Origin: a virus
Reading direction: 5' to 3' (one strand)
IMG/VR virus record: IMGVR_UViG_3300029532_000007
Location: 1 to 44,775 of that record
Length of the DNA: 44,775 nt
The position numbers and the translations under genes were made by a program. Below are positions 8,244-15,777 of this stretch, piece by piece (position 1 is the stretch's first letter; the number at the start of each line of letters is the position of its first letter). The notes beneath the pieces are model-generated. The model ran no database searches. It had not been told where the DNA came from and saw only the letters and a list, made by a program, of their open reading frames with translations.

Positions 8244-8656
8244 AGATTAGGGATTTGGGTATTCGTAAATATGGATGGAGGTTGCGCATCTACTATGCCG
8301 TGACCTGCTATCATGCGGCTGAAATACTCGAATCCCTTAACGAGATTGGATGCCCAGCCGAACTTATGCAACGAATTCAGGGGAATTTGGAAAAGTGTGA
8401 TATGGACACCGGATTCACTTACTCAAACAAGGATCGCCGGGAAAGTGTTATTGTAATCGGATTGCACTCCTCGCCTCCTGAATTCATAAACTCCTTCGAG
8501 CACGAGCTCCGTCACCTTGTCGATGACATCGCCCATACATACGGCCTTGAAATGGCCGGCGAGGACGTAGCCTATCTGACCGGGGATGTGAACTCGGAGC
8601 TCTGGGAGGATATTCATTATTTCACTTGTTGTAAATGCCATGAACGAGAACATTAA
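8240..8656 (+). CDS. Hypothetical protein with HExxH motif (FEHELRHL) and C-terminal CCKCH cluster
   Basis: Internal ATG 8240 (MKIRDLG..) is chosen because it is coupled to the upstream stop. Confidence 0.55.
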   Translation: MKIRDLGIRKYGWRLRIYYAVTCYHAAEILESLNEIGCPAELMQRIQGNLEKCDMDTGFTYSNKDRRESVIVIGLHSSPPEFINSFEHELRHLVDDIAHTYGLEMAGEDVAYLTGDVNSELWEDIHYFTCCKCHEREH

Positions 8657-8742
8657 ATATTGGCTGTCGCAGCTCGAAATAAGCGAGTGCTCGGCACCGC
8701 TGTTCGCCCTTGTGATCGCAAAGATCATGGAGGCTATATGAA

Positions 8743-9972
8743 TCAAAACCGCGTCAGCAATGCGGCATTTTTCTCTCGTTCTTCTCGTTCAAAAGAAGCG
8801 AGATAATTTTCTGTCGTCTTCAAGTCCGTATGTCCGAGGCTTTCGGAAATATAGGCTATACTTGCCCCGGAACGCTTCAATACGGTGGCGAATGAATGGC
8901 GGGCCGTATATGTTGAAACCGGAGGCAACCCTAATGCTTTGGAAATAGACCTAAATTTACGATTTATGCAGCTTGTTAGGTCTTTTGCCTTTTGCCGCTG
9001 CTCCTCAATAGATTCTTTGCCCGTAAGAATAGGAAATATAAAACTATCAGGACTTTCTTTGTTGCCCCATCGTGATATAATATCCTGCATTTGAGGTACA
9101 ATTATCGCCCGCACGGCTTTCCGGGACTTTGTGCGGTGCTCCGTCTTTTTCCGTACATAACTTATTTCCCCGTCCTCAATATCACTATATCGCAACCTTA
9201 CGAAGTCGGCGACATTGATTCCATTGCACAAATACATAAACAGCCAATAATCGCGGTATTTTGCCGTTGCTTCGTATCCATCATCATAACGGGCTATCAA
9301 GCCTATCTGCTCCAATGTAAGGGCCAGTTTACGCCCCTCTCCTTCCTGTATCTCGTAGCGCCCCCGACCGAATGGATATTGCGCCTCCTTTACAATACCA
9401 ATAGCCCGGGCCTGGTTGAATATCGATCGCAGAGCGCGCATATATATCGCAATAGTTGTCTGTCCCTTACCCGAAGCACGCATAAACTCTTCGAATCGAC
9501 GCAGCCATGAAATAGATACGTCGATATATTGAACCTCCCGCTTTGAAAAAGCATTCATCGACAGCAACAATGCACGCAGAATATCCGCCGTCCCTATGTG
9601 GGATGTCTCCCGCAATTCCTGCTCTTTGATTTGGATGGATGCATTTACCGAAGTAGCGCCGGCTCCTTTCAAACGAGCACCTAACAATTCAAGCGTGAAA
9701 CAACCTTTTGACGTTAAATCCTCGACAGCTTGTCGAACCAATTCAAAACTATTTTCTATATCTTTGCGAACGGATACAAGCGAATGAAGGCGCGTCGCAT
9801 TGAGCCGCTGCCAATCATCGGGCATCATACTCTTACCGGTTGGGTAATAAGAGCGCACACGACGATACGATACCCGGATACGCACGGGATACTGGCCATT
9901 TGCCAACGCCCGGCGGGTGTCGAGAATAGTGGCCACCGTTACGCCATCCTTTGAATAGTAGTGGTTGTTCAT
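8743..9972 (-). CDS. int: Tyrosine recombinase / phage integrase (Bacteroidota type with N-terminal arm-binding domain)
   Basis: 409 aa. The C-terminal catalytic region has ARHSFATVLKRSGASIAYISESLGHTDLKTTENYL. attP lies immediately upstream. Confidence 0.9.
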   Translation of the reverse strand: MNNHYYSKDGVTVATILDTRRALANGQYPVRIRVSYRRVRSYYPTGKSMMPDDWQRLNATRLHSLVSVRKDIENSFELVRQAVEDLTSKGCFTLELLGARLKGAGATSVNASIQIKEQELRETSHIGTADILRALLLSMNAFSKREVQYIDVSISWLRRFEEFMRASGKGQTTIAIYMRALRSIFNQARAIGIVKEAQYPFGRGRYEIQEGEGRKLALTLEQIGLIARYDDGYEATAKYRDYWLFMYLCNGINVADFVRLRYSDIEDGEISYVRKKTEHRTKSRKAVRAIIVPQMQDIISRWGNKESPDSFIFPILTGKESIEEQRQKAKDLTSCINRKFRSISKALGLPPVSTYTARHSFATVLKRSGASIAYISESLGHTDLKTTENYLASFEREEREKNAALLTRF

Positions 9973-10006
9973 TGCACATTATTTGCACACATCTTATTTA
10001 TTGCGT

Positions 10007-10026
10007 GCAAAGATATGCAAAGATAT
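10007..10026. repeat. Tandem 10-bp direct repeat (gcaaagatat x2), candidate integrase arm site
   Basis: Direct reading. It lies between the int start and the attP core. Confidence 0.5.
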
Positions 10027-10064
10027 GAAAAATAAAATTGCTCGACAAGTGTTGTTGTAAACGA

Positions 10065-10094
10065 TATGAAAAGCTATGAAAAGCCATGAAAACC
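10065..10094. repeat. Three tandem 10-bp repeats (tatgaaaagc / tatgaaaagc / catgaaaacc), candidate arm-type sites
   Basis: Direct reading. They are adjacent to the tRNA-fragment core. Confidence 0.5.
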
Positions 10095-10103
10095 AATAAA
10101 ATA

Positions 10104-10148
10104 TGCATGGCATGCAAGAGGTCACGAGTTCGAATCTCGTATTCTCCA
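10104..10148 (+). other. attP core: 3' portion of a type-II (long variable arm) tRNA gene
   Basis: It has a variable-arm-like hairpin tgcat-ggc-atgca, a T-arm acgag-TTCGAAT-ctcgt and acceptor 3' strand attctcc+a. No matching 5' acceptor strand (ggagaat) lies upstream. Confidence 0.7.
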
Positions 10149-10162
10149 CAATTAAAAATCAA

Positions 10163-10196
10163 GGGGTTGCAATAGTTTGCAACTCCTAATTTTTTG
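10163..10196 (+). terminator. Rho-independent terminator downstream of the tRNA fragment
   Basis: ggggttgcaa-tagt-ttgcaactcc followed by taaTTTTTT. Confidence 0.7.
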
Positions 10197-10238
10197 CCGT
10201 TGCTCACACAATTTGCGCCTATCTGTAAAAATAGACAC

Positions 10239-10272
10239 AAAAAAAATCCCGCCGCTAGCCAAGACTGGCGAC
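10239..10272 (-). terminator. Possible terminator after the excisionase-like gene
   Basis: A weak GC stem (cgcc..ggcg) is followed on the minus strand by an 8-T run (A-run 10239-10246 on plus). Confidence 0.3.
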
Positions 10273-10284
10273 GAGATAATGATT

Positions 10285-10638
10285 CTACAAACTGTTCCCT
10301 CGACTTTCTTTCCGCATCGCACTTTCCGCTAACAATTTTCCCGCATTCGCCCGCGACACATCATGCTCGATCTGCTGGTCCACCCATTCCTGCAAATCAG
10401 ACTTCAAAAAAGATAGTTTGCCGTTGATCTTGGTAGACGGTATTTCTCCAGCGGCGGACAATTTGTAAAGTTTGCTTATCGTCGTTTTATATCCACGCCC
10501 ATCAAGAAATGCGAGAGCCTGGTCCTTTGTCAGGTGCTCGTTCGTGTGGTAAGATTGAGCGGCGATCAAGCGCTTAAAGCAGTCCTCCGTAGCCTCAAAT
10601 ACCCACTTGCGAATTTCATTCTTTGTAATTGCTCCCAT
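10285..10638 (-). CDS. Excisionase-like / MerR-type helix-turn-helix DNA-binding protein
   Basis: The start is moved to MGAITKNE. The pattern LTKDQALAFL..TTISKLYKLSAAGEIPSTKINGKLSFLKSDLQEWV is typical of Bacteroidota Xis-type HTH proteins. It is next to attP. Confidence 0.65.
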   Translation of the reverse strand: MGAITKNEIRKWVFEATEDCFKRLIAAQSYHTNEHLTKDQALAFLDGRGYKTTISKLYKLSAAGEIPSTKINGKLSFLKSDLQEWVDQQIEHDVSRANAGKLLAESAMRKESRGNSL

Positions 10639-10645
10639 ACCTATA

Positions 10646-10891
10646 TTAAAATAAAGGCAGCTCTTGCTGCCATCCGTCAATGTGTCCCCGTAAAATCCGT
10701 TTGAAAGCCCGCCACAAATGCGGCAAAGACCTATGTTTCTTGAAATGATATTTGAAATCGTGGTCGTGTTTGACCCCGATCTTTCGTTCCGTGTCCACAA
10801 CAAGCTGCATCAACTGTCCCCTCGAATAGCTTATATGGACCTCGGAATCGTCCCGCTGGCCGCCCCTGCGTTTTTCTTTCTGTTCGCCCAT
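10646..10891 (-). CDS. Hypothetical protein (weak call)
   Basis: 81-aa ORF filling the gap between two minus-strand genes. No motif. Confidence 0.35.
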   Translation of the reverse strand: MGEQKEKRRGGQRDDSEVHISYSRGQLMQLVVDTERKIGVKHDHDFKYHFKKHRSLPHLWRAFKRILRGHIDGWQQELPLF

Positions 10892-10916
10892 TGTTTTCCC
10901 GAATTAATAACTACCT

Positions 10917-11312
10917 TTACGTTGTCGGCGTTAGGGGTGATCTTTCGCTTTGCATCGCCTGCCCGGCATACACCCGCCGCCAGTACTCGCGGTCAGTATT
11001 TAAGTTTTGCTTAATAGCTGTCCCGACCATTTTGCGGGCGCCAGCAATATGGTCATACTCTCCCCGCTCCAGCTTCTCCAGATAGTCATCGTCGCGCATC
11101 ATCAGGTCGTCCTCACTTGCAATATCAGGGTACATTTGTCCGTTTTCAAGATAAGCACCAATTTCGGAATACAGTTTTTTAGGGTCGCCATAAACAAGCA
11201 CCCTAACAGGCAGGTAGGCACTATTTGTGATGTGTGAAAATTCAACGGGAAGCCCGCCCCTCGTGCACACCGCCGCACCTCGCTTGGCGGCCTCCAAATC
11301 GAAATTCTTCAT
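10917..11312 (-). CDS. Hypothetical early protein
   Basis: 131-aa ORF, 3 nt from the upstream gene. Confidence 0.6.
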   Translation of the reverse strand: MKNFDLEAAKRGAAVCTRGGLPVEFSHITNSAYLPVRVLVYGDPKKLYSEIGAYLENGQMYPDIASEDDLMMRDDDYLEKLERGEYDHIAGARKMVGTAIKQNLNTDREYWRRVYAGQAMQSERSPLTPTT

Positions 11313-11315
11313 GGT

Positions 11316-11750
11316 TTATTCAGTTTTAAGTAGTTCCGGATCGTCGTGGATGTTGCCGATGACTTCGCAACATTGCGATAACCATGATACGCTTTGCATT
11401 TCAGCAATGGAAGAATACGGATATACTGGCGCTCTATGGTCATAGCCGAACGACACAGGATTATCCTCGAAAGCAAGGCCGCCGGGCACTCGGAAGACTG
11501 ACCGCACAATTCCGCTACCGTCTTCTTTGAATATATCCCCCTCCCAAATATCCCTGCCGTTCTTGTCTCTCAACCCCGTGAACTGGCCGACGGTGTTGGG
11601 ATCAACCTCATGTTCGAAAGTATAATTACCGGAAAATTGAGTGATGAAATATCGTTCTTTTTTATCGTCTTTGAAATGACTAACCAATAACGAACCGTAT
11701 ATCCACTCCCCGTTGTCGAGGCGCTTGCCTCGGAATTTAATTTCTCTCAT
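11316..11750 (-). CDS. YopX-family protein
   Basis: MREIKFRGKRLDNGEW..TVGQFTGLRDKNGRDIWEGDIF..EVIGNIHDDPELL matches the YopX signature. Confidence 0.8.
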   Translation of the reverse strand: MREIKFRGKRLDNGEWIYGSLLVSHFKDDKKERYFITQFSGNYTFEHEVDPNTVGQFTGLRDKNGRDIWEGDIFKEDGSGIVRSVFRVPGGLAFEDNPVSFGYDHRAPVYPYSSIAEMQSVSWLSQCCEVIGNIHDDPELLKTE

Positions 11751-11757
11751 AACGATC

Positions 11758-12117
11758 TCATTTTACGATTTTCACACACTCATCCGCCCCGATGATTCCC
11801 TGGCGGCGCAGGCGCTTGATGAAGTTCTTCATGTTCAATGCCTGTTCGTAGTAGCAGTCCTTTTCGACCTTCACGTCCGATTTGACATGGCGGATAACCG
11901 TATCCGTATCAGGATCGTATTGGCGTGTTATCTCGGTTCGCACTTCGGCTTTCGAAGCCTCCCGCGTAGTCGCATTGAACTTGTAAAGGGTGTGACCGGG
12001 GACCTTCGTCAAACGACCGATCAGTTTGTATTCGTTCTGTTTCTTCTCGACGGCTTCGATCTGCGCCTTGCAAATCTTCTCGTTCGTGAGGCCGTCATGT
12101 GGAGTTAGAATATCCAT
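11758..12117 (-). CDS. Hypothetical early protein
   Basis: Start chosen at MDILTPH (4 nt after the upstream stop). The longer ORF would overlap the upstream gene. Confidence 0.5.
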   Translation of the reverse strand: MDILTPHDGLTNEKICKAQIEAVEKKQNEYKLIGRLTKVPGHTLYKFNATTREASKAEVRTEITRQYDPDTDTVIRHVKSDVKVEKDCYYEQALNMKNFIKRLRRQGIIGADECVKIVK

Positions 12118-12121
12118 AGCT

Positions 12122-12352
12122 CTATTCGTGAATCTCGCGCCAGCCGATGACTTGCTCATCCGATATTTCCCATTCTTCGGAATCGGCGTACCACCACCCC
12201 TCGTCACCCCGGTCTGCTAACGCATAACCTCTTCCGAAGTTGAGTTTTACTAACACAACCTTTTCAATAGGCGGCAACTCCTCTTTCAAGTCATGCACAT
12301 CTCGTCGGTATTGGTTCGCGTATTCTCGTGCTCTTTCCTCAATCGTTTCCAT
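12122..12352 (-). CDS. Hypothetical protein (DUF551-like pattern?)
   Basis: 76 aa. EKVVLVKL..GYALADRGDEGWWYADSEEWEISDEQVIGWREI is reminiscent of small phage DUF551 proteins. Confidence 0.5.
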   Translation of the reverse strand: METIEERAREYANQYRRDVHDLKEELPPIEKVVLVKLNFGRGYALADRGDEGWWYADSEEWEISDEQVIGWREIHE

Positions 12353-12395
12353 GTTTCAAGTTCTTTAAAGTGTTTAAAGATATTTACAGTTTTTT

Positions 12396-12425
12396 CGAGA
12401 TTTTACGAGAATCTCGCTATTTTTT
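12396..12425 (+). terminator. Plus-strand-oriented terminator-like hairpin inside the minus-strand block
   Basis: cgagatt-ttacgag-aatctcg followed by ctaTTTTTT. No plus-strand gene lies upstream. Confidence 0.35.
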
Positions 12426-12431
12426 CAGAAC

Positions 12432-12457
12432 GGGGAGTTGCAGTCTTTGCAAACCCC
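12432..12457. repeat. Stem-loop GGGGagTTGCA-gtctt-TGCAAaCCCC, related to the hairpin at 10163-10186
   Basis: Direct reading. It shares the GGGG..TTGCA / TGCAA..CC(C)C arms. Confidence 0.5.
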
Positions 12458-12589
12458 TCGGAATCTAAAGAACTCGTAATAACGCCCCAATATGCACACG
12501 GACAAATATCTTCGATACATATTGCGTTCACAGCTATTACACCCGCATCCCTGTATGCGCATTCTAAATATCGTCATAGCTCGCTCATT

Positions 12590-12772
12590 TCACCAAATCC
12601 ACTTCTTATCGCCGAAACACTTTCGAATAACGTCATCTCTGGCATCATCAGACAACATCCTCCATTTATACCTGTCGTAAATGATATTCCCGACATATTC
12701 TCCCGTATTCTTATAAACCGACACAACTACATCGTCGCTGCCAGCTAAAGGCTCTGTAATAAAGTAAGCCAT
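12590..12772 (-). CDS. Hypothetical small protein
   Basis: 60-aa ORF, 6 nt downstream of the previous gene. Confidence 0.45.
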   Translation of the reverse strand: MAYFITEPLAGSDDVVVSVYKNTGEYVGNIIYDRYKWRMLSDDARDDVIRKCFGDKKWIW

Positions 12773-12778
12773 ATCGTA

Positions 12779-13198
12779 TTATTTTTCACTCTTTTTGAAA
12801 TATTCGATAATCTCTGCGACCGTGGCCTTGCGGCAAGTAAGAGAATAAGCAAGGTTTGTATTTCGATTTTTGTGCACACAATACGAACTCCCGGCTAACT
12901 CGGTAACAAAATACTGCTCGTTGTAATTCTCATCGTTCATCGCCGCCAGCGCCTTGAACAGCTCGATGTTTTCGCCACAGTCAATAAATGCTGGTGATTT
13001 GGGTGTCTTAGCCCAAATACCAACATAACCATCCAAATCAGGATCGTAAGGTTCCGTAACTATTACCCAGTCTTTATGATAATCGCTTGATGTGACGGCA
13101 GGAGATACATACCGGCCTATACTCGACAGCCACACAGCCAGTTCTTTCCGCTTCTCCGCATCCTCGACGCGGACAAAGCACGGGGTGGTGAATTTCAT
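12779..13198 (-). CDS. Hypothetical early protein
   Basis: 139-aa ORF in a tight operon. Confidence 0.6.
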   Translation of the reverse strand: MKFTTPCFVRVEDAEKRKELAVWLSSIGRYVSPAVTSSDYHKDWVIVTEPYDPDLDGYVGIWAKTPKSPAFIDCGENIELFKALAAMNDENYNEQYFVTELAGSSYCVHKNRNTNLAYSLTCRKATVAEIIEYFKKSEK

Positions 13199-13199
13199 C

Positions 13200-13439
13200 C
13201 TATTCTTGTCGTTTTAGATTGTTTGTCCTGTTGATCTCCGCGGCAATAGCCTCGACGGTCTTGCCCCGGCCTCGGCCATTGCGGCGCACTCGCTCTATCT
13301 TCTGAAACCGACGAATAACTCCAGTAGGTTGAAGGTATTCGTCAAGACCCGAATAGGCGACAACCTCATTGAGCCATTCCTTTACGTCGAACCCATCCGG
13401 CGGTCCTTGCCAAATACCATCAATCAAAAAGTTTTTCAT
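13200..13439 (-). CDS. Hypothetical early protein
   Basis: 79-aa ORF whose start overlaps the upstream stop. Confidence 0.55.
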   Translation of the reverse strand: MKNFLIDGIWQGPPDGFDVKEWLNEVVAYSGLDEYLQPTGVIRRFQKIERVRRNGRGRGKTVEAIAAEINRTNNLKRQE

Positions 13440-13732
13440 TTCTCGTTCAGTTTTTGGATAAATTCATCCATATAGAAGCAGTCATGTTCACCGCATTTAG
13501 TTGCCGTATTTGCACATTCGCCATTGCGGAAGTTGCGGAAGAAACAGCGTTTTTTGTGCTCTTCTATCGCTTTCGCCCGTATCTGTTCATAAGCCTCCTC
13601 CTCGGCGAGTTCGATAGCGGTAGACACATCCCATCTTGACACGACCAACTCGCGCCCTCCGAATCTTTCAGCATACTCTTGTGCCGTACACGTGGCATGT
13701 GTAATGTATTCCTTTGCATTTTCGCTTTTCAT
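13436..13732 (-). CDS. Hypothetical early protein (Cys-containing)
   Basis: 98-aa ORF in a tight operon. Confidence 0.55.
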   Translation of the reverse strand: MKSENAKEYITHATCTAQEYAERFGGRELVVSRWDVSTAIELAEEEAYEQIRAKAIEEHKKRCFFRNFRNGECANTATKCGEHDCFYMDEFIQKLNEK

Positions 13733-13735
13733 GGC

Positions 13736-13897
13736 TCAATCGTTTTCATCGTTATCGTCATCGGGATAGCTCACATCCTCATAGTTCACGCAGAAGTCGA
13801 AGCCCGGATCTTCGTCGAATACTCCTTTGGCTCGGCATTCTTCGTACTTTCGGCAGTTGGCGCAATAACATTCGTTTATTTGCCTGTTGATTTTCAT
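13736..13897 (-). CDS. Small Cys-rich acidic protein (53 aa)
   Basis: Hand-translated MKINRQINECYCANCRKYEECRAKGVFDEDPGFDFCVNYEDVSYPDDDNDEND*. Its 21-nt initiation region is identical to that of the Dam gene. Confidence 0.45.
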   Translation of the reverse strand: MKINRQINECYCANCRKYEECRAKGVFDEDPGFDFCVNYEDVSYPDDDNDEND

Positions 13898-13923
13898 TTT
13901 CTCTTTCCTTTTAACCTCATAAA

Positions 13924-14346
13924 TCAGAATACTACAACCATGCTTGGGAACGGTGCGCTATTCTTCGCTCCGCCAAACTTTAACCGTCCTCGAATAAATC
14001 GAATCTCTTTCGCTTTACGATAAATAAACTCGTGAAAATAACATGTATCCGTTCGGGCCGGAATAAGGGCGACTACGATTGTTCCTGGCTTGCGCGATTC
14101 TTCATAGCACTTTTTTACCCAGTCACAAATACTCCTTCCATAAGGCGGGTTACAAAAAACAATTTCACCGGCCCAATTCTGCAATAACCCATCATCGTGT
14201 TTTGTGTAAAACTTCGCGCACTTCGCATTATCCGGACACGCGCAGGGGCCAAGAGTAAAATGAAACTCCGCATTGAGTTTGTCGAAGAAGTCCTGTGGAG
14301 TAGCCCACAAATCTGTTGCACTTGAAAACATTACATTTGTATTCAT
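13924..14346 (-). CDS. dam: Phage Dam-family DNA N6-adenine methyltransferase
   Basis: MNTNVMFSSATDLWATPQDFFDKLNAEFHFTLGPCA..NAKCAKFYTK..VFCNPPYGR..LIPARTDT..IRFIRGRLKFGG..APFPSMVVVF is the classic phage Dam (NPPY) pattern. The start is moved to ATG 14346. Confidence 0.9.
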   Translation of the reverse strand: MNTNVMFSSATDLWATPQDFFDKLNAEFHFTLGPCACPDNAKCAKFYTKHDDGLLQNWAGEIVFCNPPYGRSICDWVKKCYEESRKPGTIVVALIPARTDTCYFHEFIYRKAKEIRFIRGRLKFGGAKNSAPFPSMVVVF

Positions 14347-14423
14347 TTTCTCTTTCCTTTTAGCTCCGCAACGCGGCGGAGGATAAAGTTCTCTCGGTAT
14401 GCCATATACATCCGGTAATTCCA

Positions 14424-14525
14424 TCATTCAACAAATTCCGAAAAATGAATCGGATGTATCATGCGTATTGGAGCTAACTTCTTGTCAGCCTCCCGCCGCA
14501 GTCGTTTCGGTAGGCGTGTTTTCAT
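14424..14525 (-). CDS. Very small ORF (33 aa) bridging the Cys-rich protein and Dam (weak)
   Basis: MKTRLPKRLRREADKKLAPIRMIHPIHFSEFVE*. Its start overlaps the upstream stop (ATGA). Confidence 0.25.
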   Translation of the reverse strand: MKTRLPKRLRREADKKLAPIRMIHPIHFSEFVE

Positions 14526-14902
14526 CGTTTAATCAACTTTGCATGTAAACCATCAATCTCATACTCCCGGTAGCATTTATCGCAGATGATTGGCCCATCC
14601 TCATAAACCGGGCATTCCAAATCTTCCCAAACGTCAGTATAATTAATGCCCCTCGCCTGAATATCATTTCCGCAAATGCACCTGAACTCACAGACGACTT
14701 TATACTTAATATCTTCCACATGAATGTATACATCCAACCGGCCATCATTGGCATCCTTTTCCCGTTGTGTACGTTCGCGCTCGATCTTCTGCAAAAGCGC
14801 GATTTGTTTGGGATTGCCGATTTCAGGTTTTATATCCCCGAGCATAAACTTGCCATCCACGAGACGCAACGGCTGCTCAATGCTTGTTACCTGATCTTTC
14901 AT
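14522..14902 (-). CDS. Cys-rich (zinc-ribbon-like) protein of unknown function
   Basis: 126 aa. It contains CEFRCICGN ... ECPVYEDGPIICDKC. The start overlaps the radical-SAM stop. Confidence 0.6.
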   Translation of the reverse strand: MKDQVTSIEQPLRLVDGKFMLGDIKPEIGNPKQIALLQKIERERTQREKDANDGRLDVYIHVEDIKYKVVCEFRCICGNDIQARGINYTDVWEDLECPVYEDGPIICDKCYREYEIDGLHAKLIKR

Positions 14903-15777
14903 CTCTTGTAATTTTTAAATTCAACACTCTTAAAAATAGCCTTGTGATTGCACCAACGAGCCAATCGTTTCTGCTCATTCGTCGGTTTGATGTTATTATC
15001 GAAATCCCGGTAAGGCTGGGCAAACGGGCAGACTTTCAGCTTGCGTAGGGCGTTGATCCGCTCCAATGATTCATCGACATCTTGAATCAGACAGTAGACG
15101 AAAATGCGATATGGCTTGATGCCTCGGCGCCCCAACTCTTTGACACACTTTGTAACCGCCTCCAGTTGGGACATACGGTCGCAGGCGAACCGAATATGCC
15201 GAATCCATTTCACCCGTGCCAGCAGGTCGAGGATGTAGAGATCATCGCACGCCCTCCGGGCATCCAGCCCTTGATTGAAATCGACTGCGATCCCCATGCG
15301 GACAATCTCCTCGATCTGTTCCAATCCGAACTCCGACGCCAGCACGTTGTTGTCGAGCAACACGGCCTGACGCTTGTCGCCGAGGAACTCCCGGAGCGGG
15401 GATGCCGGTCGGATGGCTCCCTCCTTGTGCGAAACGATGCACCACGGGCAGCGGTTCGGGCAACCACGGGTCAGGAAACCATAGGCTTCCCTGACGCCAT
15501 AGAGCGAGTAATCCGGGCAGATGTGTTCCACCTCTTCCGGCAGCACCGTCGCATAGTCCCGGAATCCCGTTCCGCCCCGGATTACCTCGCAATGGTAGAT
15601 GTCCGGACAATCGGCCGTGAAGGTGAAGACCTTCGACATGTAAACCCGGTCGTAGCACCCGAACATCGGGTCTGCGAACTCCACTCGGTCGCCCTGCGCC
15701 TTATGCCACGCCGATATTTTCATCAGCGCGAGATTCGGGAAATGATGCCCGTCTATGTCAACCAAACCTATTCGCAT
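14899..15777 (-). CDS. Radical SAM protein, compact class-B-like (N-terminal Rossmann/B12-binding-like domain)
   Basis: It has GFLTRGCPNRCPWC (CxxxCxxC) about 105 aa from the MRIGLVDIDGHHFPNLALMKISAWHKAQGDRVEF start. The start is set at ATG 15777 because the longer ORF is an out-of-frame overlap with dcm. Confidence 0.8.
   Translation of the reverse strand: MRIGLVDIDGHHFPNLALMKISAWHKAQGDRVEFADPMFGCYDRVYMSKVFTFTADCPDIYHCEVIRGGTGFRDYATVLPEEVEHICPDYSLYGVREAYGFLTRGCPNRCPWCIVSHKEGAIRPASPLREFLGDKRQAVLLDNNVLASEFGLEQIEEIVRMGIAVDFNQGLDARRACDDLYILDLLARVKWIRHIRFACDRMSQLEAVTKCVKELGRRGIKPYRIFVYCLIQDVDESLERINALRKLKVCPFAQPYRDFDNNIKPTNEQKRLARWCNHKAIFKSVEFKNYKR

Noticed and set aside
8743-10200. Possibility of a complete tRNA gene next to the integrase.
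   Set aside because: Only the variable arm, T-arm and 3' acceptor strand are present. The expected 5' acceptor strand (ggagaat) and the D and anticodon arms are absent upstream, so it is an attP core rather than a gene.
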